Origin: a virus
Taxonomy: Duplodnaviria > Caudoviricetes
Reading direction: 5' to 3' (one strand)
DNA: 35,943 nt
Virus record (IMG/VR): IMGVR_UViG_3300037483_000992
Span: 1-35,943 of that record
Within the stretch, counting starts at the first letter, position 1. Each line of letters begins with the position of its first letter. Positions 34,156-35,943 of this stretch are shown here, one piece after another. The position numbers were made by a program, and so were the translations under genes. The notes beneath the pieces were generated by a model. It searched no databases. It saw only the letters and a list, made by a program, of their open reading frames with translations, and was not told where the DNA came from.

Positions 34156-35290
34156 CAGCGCCCATGCCGTAACCCTGGCATGGATTCCCAATCCGCCCGA
34201 TCCGCCCGTATCTCATTATACGCTGTACTGGGGTACGGAAAGCGGCAATTATACGGATCATGCAGACACCGGGCTTAACACGCAGTATCAGGTCACCGGC
34301 ACAGATCCGGATCAGCAGTATTTTTTCGCGGTCAAGGCATTCGGATTCTGCGGCGATCCGCCCGAGGTCTGCGAGTCCGACTACTCGGATGAGGTCATAT
34401 ATTTTCAGCGCCCCGGATTGGCTAAAAACGGTATAATCAAGACAGGTAAGAAAATGGCAAACGATTTTACAAATGATCCAAATTGCGTAGCTGTCTGGCG
34501 GTTCGAGGACACGCCGGGATTTACGGCGGATTCGCAGGGAGGGAACACCCTCACCAATTTCGGCGCAGATGTAGAGACTACCACGGTATTTGAAGGATCG
34601 CGGTCGGCTAAATTCGTGTTGGACAATCAGGATAACATGACGATTGCCGACGCGGATCAGGATGCGGGTTTACCGTTTCGGTATGCTGATGGTGGCAGTA
34701 TGGAAAAATCTTTCACGATCTGCCTGCGGGTATATCCATTGACGCTGCCCAGCGTTGTCGGAGGAAATATGGCGCTGGTCGCTAAATTCCATCCCTCAAG
34801 TGATACAAGAGTCTTTTCGGTCCGTATGGACAGTAATGATATATTTGCTATCGCGGTGGGGTACAATAATGGTTCATCATATCAGACTGTGTATTTTACT
34901 GTCGCCATTCCGTCAGCGACTCAGTGGTATAGTGTAGCGTTCAGTTATGATTACAGCGACTACGGTTATCGCATACGTGCCTACGATCATGTAGCAGACG
35001 CTTTACTGGCCAGTGATGCCACCGGGAATTTCGGGCAGGCTATTGATCCGCTGGATATTGCATTAACCATCGGATCAGTGTTTGAAGGAGGATTTTCCGA
35101 CACAATTTTAGACGAAATCGTCGTCTTCAACCGGGTACTGTCTGTCAGCGAAATAGACGATTACATAGCCGGGACGTTCGGCGCGGCGGGTACAGCATAT
35201 CAGAGATCTGTCTCCGGTGCATTTCCGGCCCCGGCCGGCGGTCTGAGTCGGCAGTCAGGTTTCGCCCGGGCGATCGCGGGAGACCTGTGA
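34091..35290 (+). CDS. Signal peptide, fibronectin type III and LamG/ConA-like domain protein
   Basis: AHA-VTLAW...Y.LYWG....Y...Y.FAVKA (Fn3); VAVWRFE...FTI..RV...LDEIVVFNRVLS.SEI (LamG); TTG start at 34037 or 34091. Confidence 0.8.
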   Translation: MFRCARRHLAASLILFGCLLSSSAHAVTLAWIPNPPDPPVSHYTLYWGTESGNYTDHADTGLNTQYQVTGTDPDQQYFFAVKAFGFCGDPPEVCESDYSDEVIYFQRPGLAKNGIIKTGKKMANDFTNDPNCVAVWRFEDTPGFTADSQGGNTLTNFGADVETTTVFEGSRSAKFVLDNQDNMTIADADQDAGLPFRYADGGSMEKSFTICLRVYPLTLPSVVGGNMALVAKFHPSSDTRVFSVRMDSNDIFAIAVGYNNGSSYQTVYFTVAIPSATQWYSVAFSYDYSDYGYRIRAYDHVADALLASDATGNFGQAIDPLDIALTIGSVFEGGFSDTILDEIVVFNRVLSVSEIDDYIAGTFGAAGTAYQRSVSGAFPAPAGGLSRQSGFARAIAGDL

Positions 35291-35523
35291 GTTATATACG
35301 ATATATTGCATATGCTGCGCTGTGGATCTGGAATCCGTTCCCCAAAAGGATAAAGCCGCGCTGGCCGGACGGCCGGCCGGTGCTGGATATACGGCAGCGA
35401 AGAATCAACAGACAGCAAACCGAGGCGGAGGTCAAGCGCCGCCGCGACAACAAGGAGGAACTAAAAAGATGCTTCAAAATCCGATCAAAAAGTTCGCTCA
35501 ATCTATCCGGCAAAAGCGGATAG
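35287..35523 (+). CDS. Hypothetical basic protein
   Basis: GTGA overlap and GGAG RBS, but overlaps the next gene by 55 nt. Confidence 0.4.
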   Translation: MSYIRYIAYAALWIWNPFPKRIKPRWPDGRPVLDIRQRRINRQQTEAEVKRRRDNKEELKRCFKIRSKSSLNLSGKSG

Positions 35524-35942
35524 CGGCAAAGGTTAGAAACGGCATCGTGCCCCGCGGCGTGTCCCAGGGCGATATCATGGCGGCACTGAAAGCCACCAAG
35601 CCGTATGGCGTTCTGGAAATGTTCGGTTTTCTGCGCATGCGCATCCGGCGCTATGCAACCGGCAAATGGGAAGACTACGGGGTGGTGTCCGTGAAAAAGG
35701 TGACCGCGGCATTTGCCAATTATGTGGTGGATTCGCTCCAGGACAGCACGACGTATCCCCTGGACGCGTTTACCTGGCACGACGCGGGAGACGACAACAC
35801 CGCAGAATCCAATGCCCACACGGCCCTTCAAAACAGCCGGGAATCCCGGGTTAATGACGCATCTCCGGGAGAAAACGGCGCCAACGTTTACCAGAGCGTG
35901 GCCACCATTACGGCCACGGCGGCATATACCGTGGAAGAGCAC
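35469..35942 (+). CDS. Partial virion/tail-associated protein, truncated by window end (not in ORF track)
   Basis: AAGGAGG RBS; open frame MLQNPIKK...KKVTAAFANYVVD...NVYQSVATIT...VEEH. Confidence 0.75.
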   Translation, partial: MLQNPIKKFAQSIRQKRIAAKVRNGIVPRGVSQGDIMAALKATKPYGVLEMFGFLRMRIRRYATGKWEDYGVVSVKKVTAAFANYVVDSLQDSTTYPLDAFTWHDAGDDNTAESNAHTALQNSRESRVNDASPGENGANVYQSVATITATAAYTVEEH

Positions 35943-35943
35943 G

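Larger units (their letters stand above)
200..35943 (+). mobile_element. Mu-like transposable prophage (B3/BcepMu-type transposition module, Mu-type head, siphovirus-type tail); left boundary approximate, right end beyond window
   Basis: Gene order c/ner/transposase/AAA ATPase/gemA/lysis/terminase/portal/gpF/gpI/gpT/gp36/gpG/tail; core ORFs uninterrupted. Confidence 0.95.

Noticed and set aside
35292-35942. 216-aa minus-strand ORF
   Set aside because: Antisense to the RBS-supported partial gene starting at 35469
32738-35943. Diversity-generating retroelement or invertible fibre cassette
   Set aside because: No reverse transcriptase, TR/VR pair, invertase or inversion sites seen; they could lie beyond the window

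Overview
From about nt 200 to the window end this is an apparently intact transposable (Mu-like, B3/BcepMu-type) prophage. It carries a left-end accessory operon, repressor, BRO-domain gene, Ner, a DDE transposase with an AAA+ MuB-like ATPase, GemA, a Com-like zinc ribbon, a lysis cassette and Mu-type head genes (TerL, DUF935 portal, gpF, gpI/Z, gpT, gp36, gpG). The tail is non-contractile (tube, frameshifted chaperone, tape measure, Dit, hub, fibres), and the right end lies outside the window. The most striking unexplained structure is a layered repeat system. Many gene junctions carry 7-9 bp tandem arrays, often as long hairpins, and at least five families of 33-48 bp palindromic elements are inserted in them, mostly without target duplication, in frame inside genes, and once inside each other. 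No mobilising gene is visible. Other highlights are a Com-like gene beside a terminator-gated late leader with no Mor/C gene seen, an Acb2/Tad1-like candidate signal sponge in the lysis cassette, a BRO protein with a transposase-like DNA-binding motif, a holin-lipoprotein fusion, and signal-peptide proteins in the tail-fibre module. All family calls come from motif recognition and synteny by eye; no searches were run.
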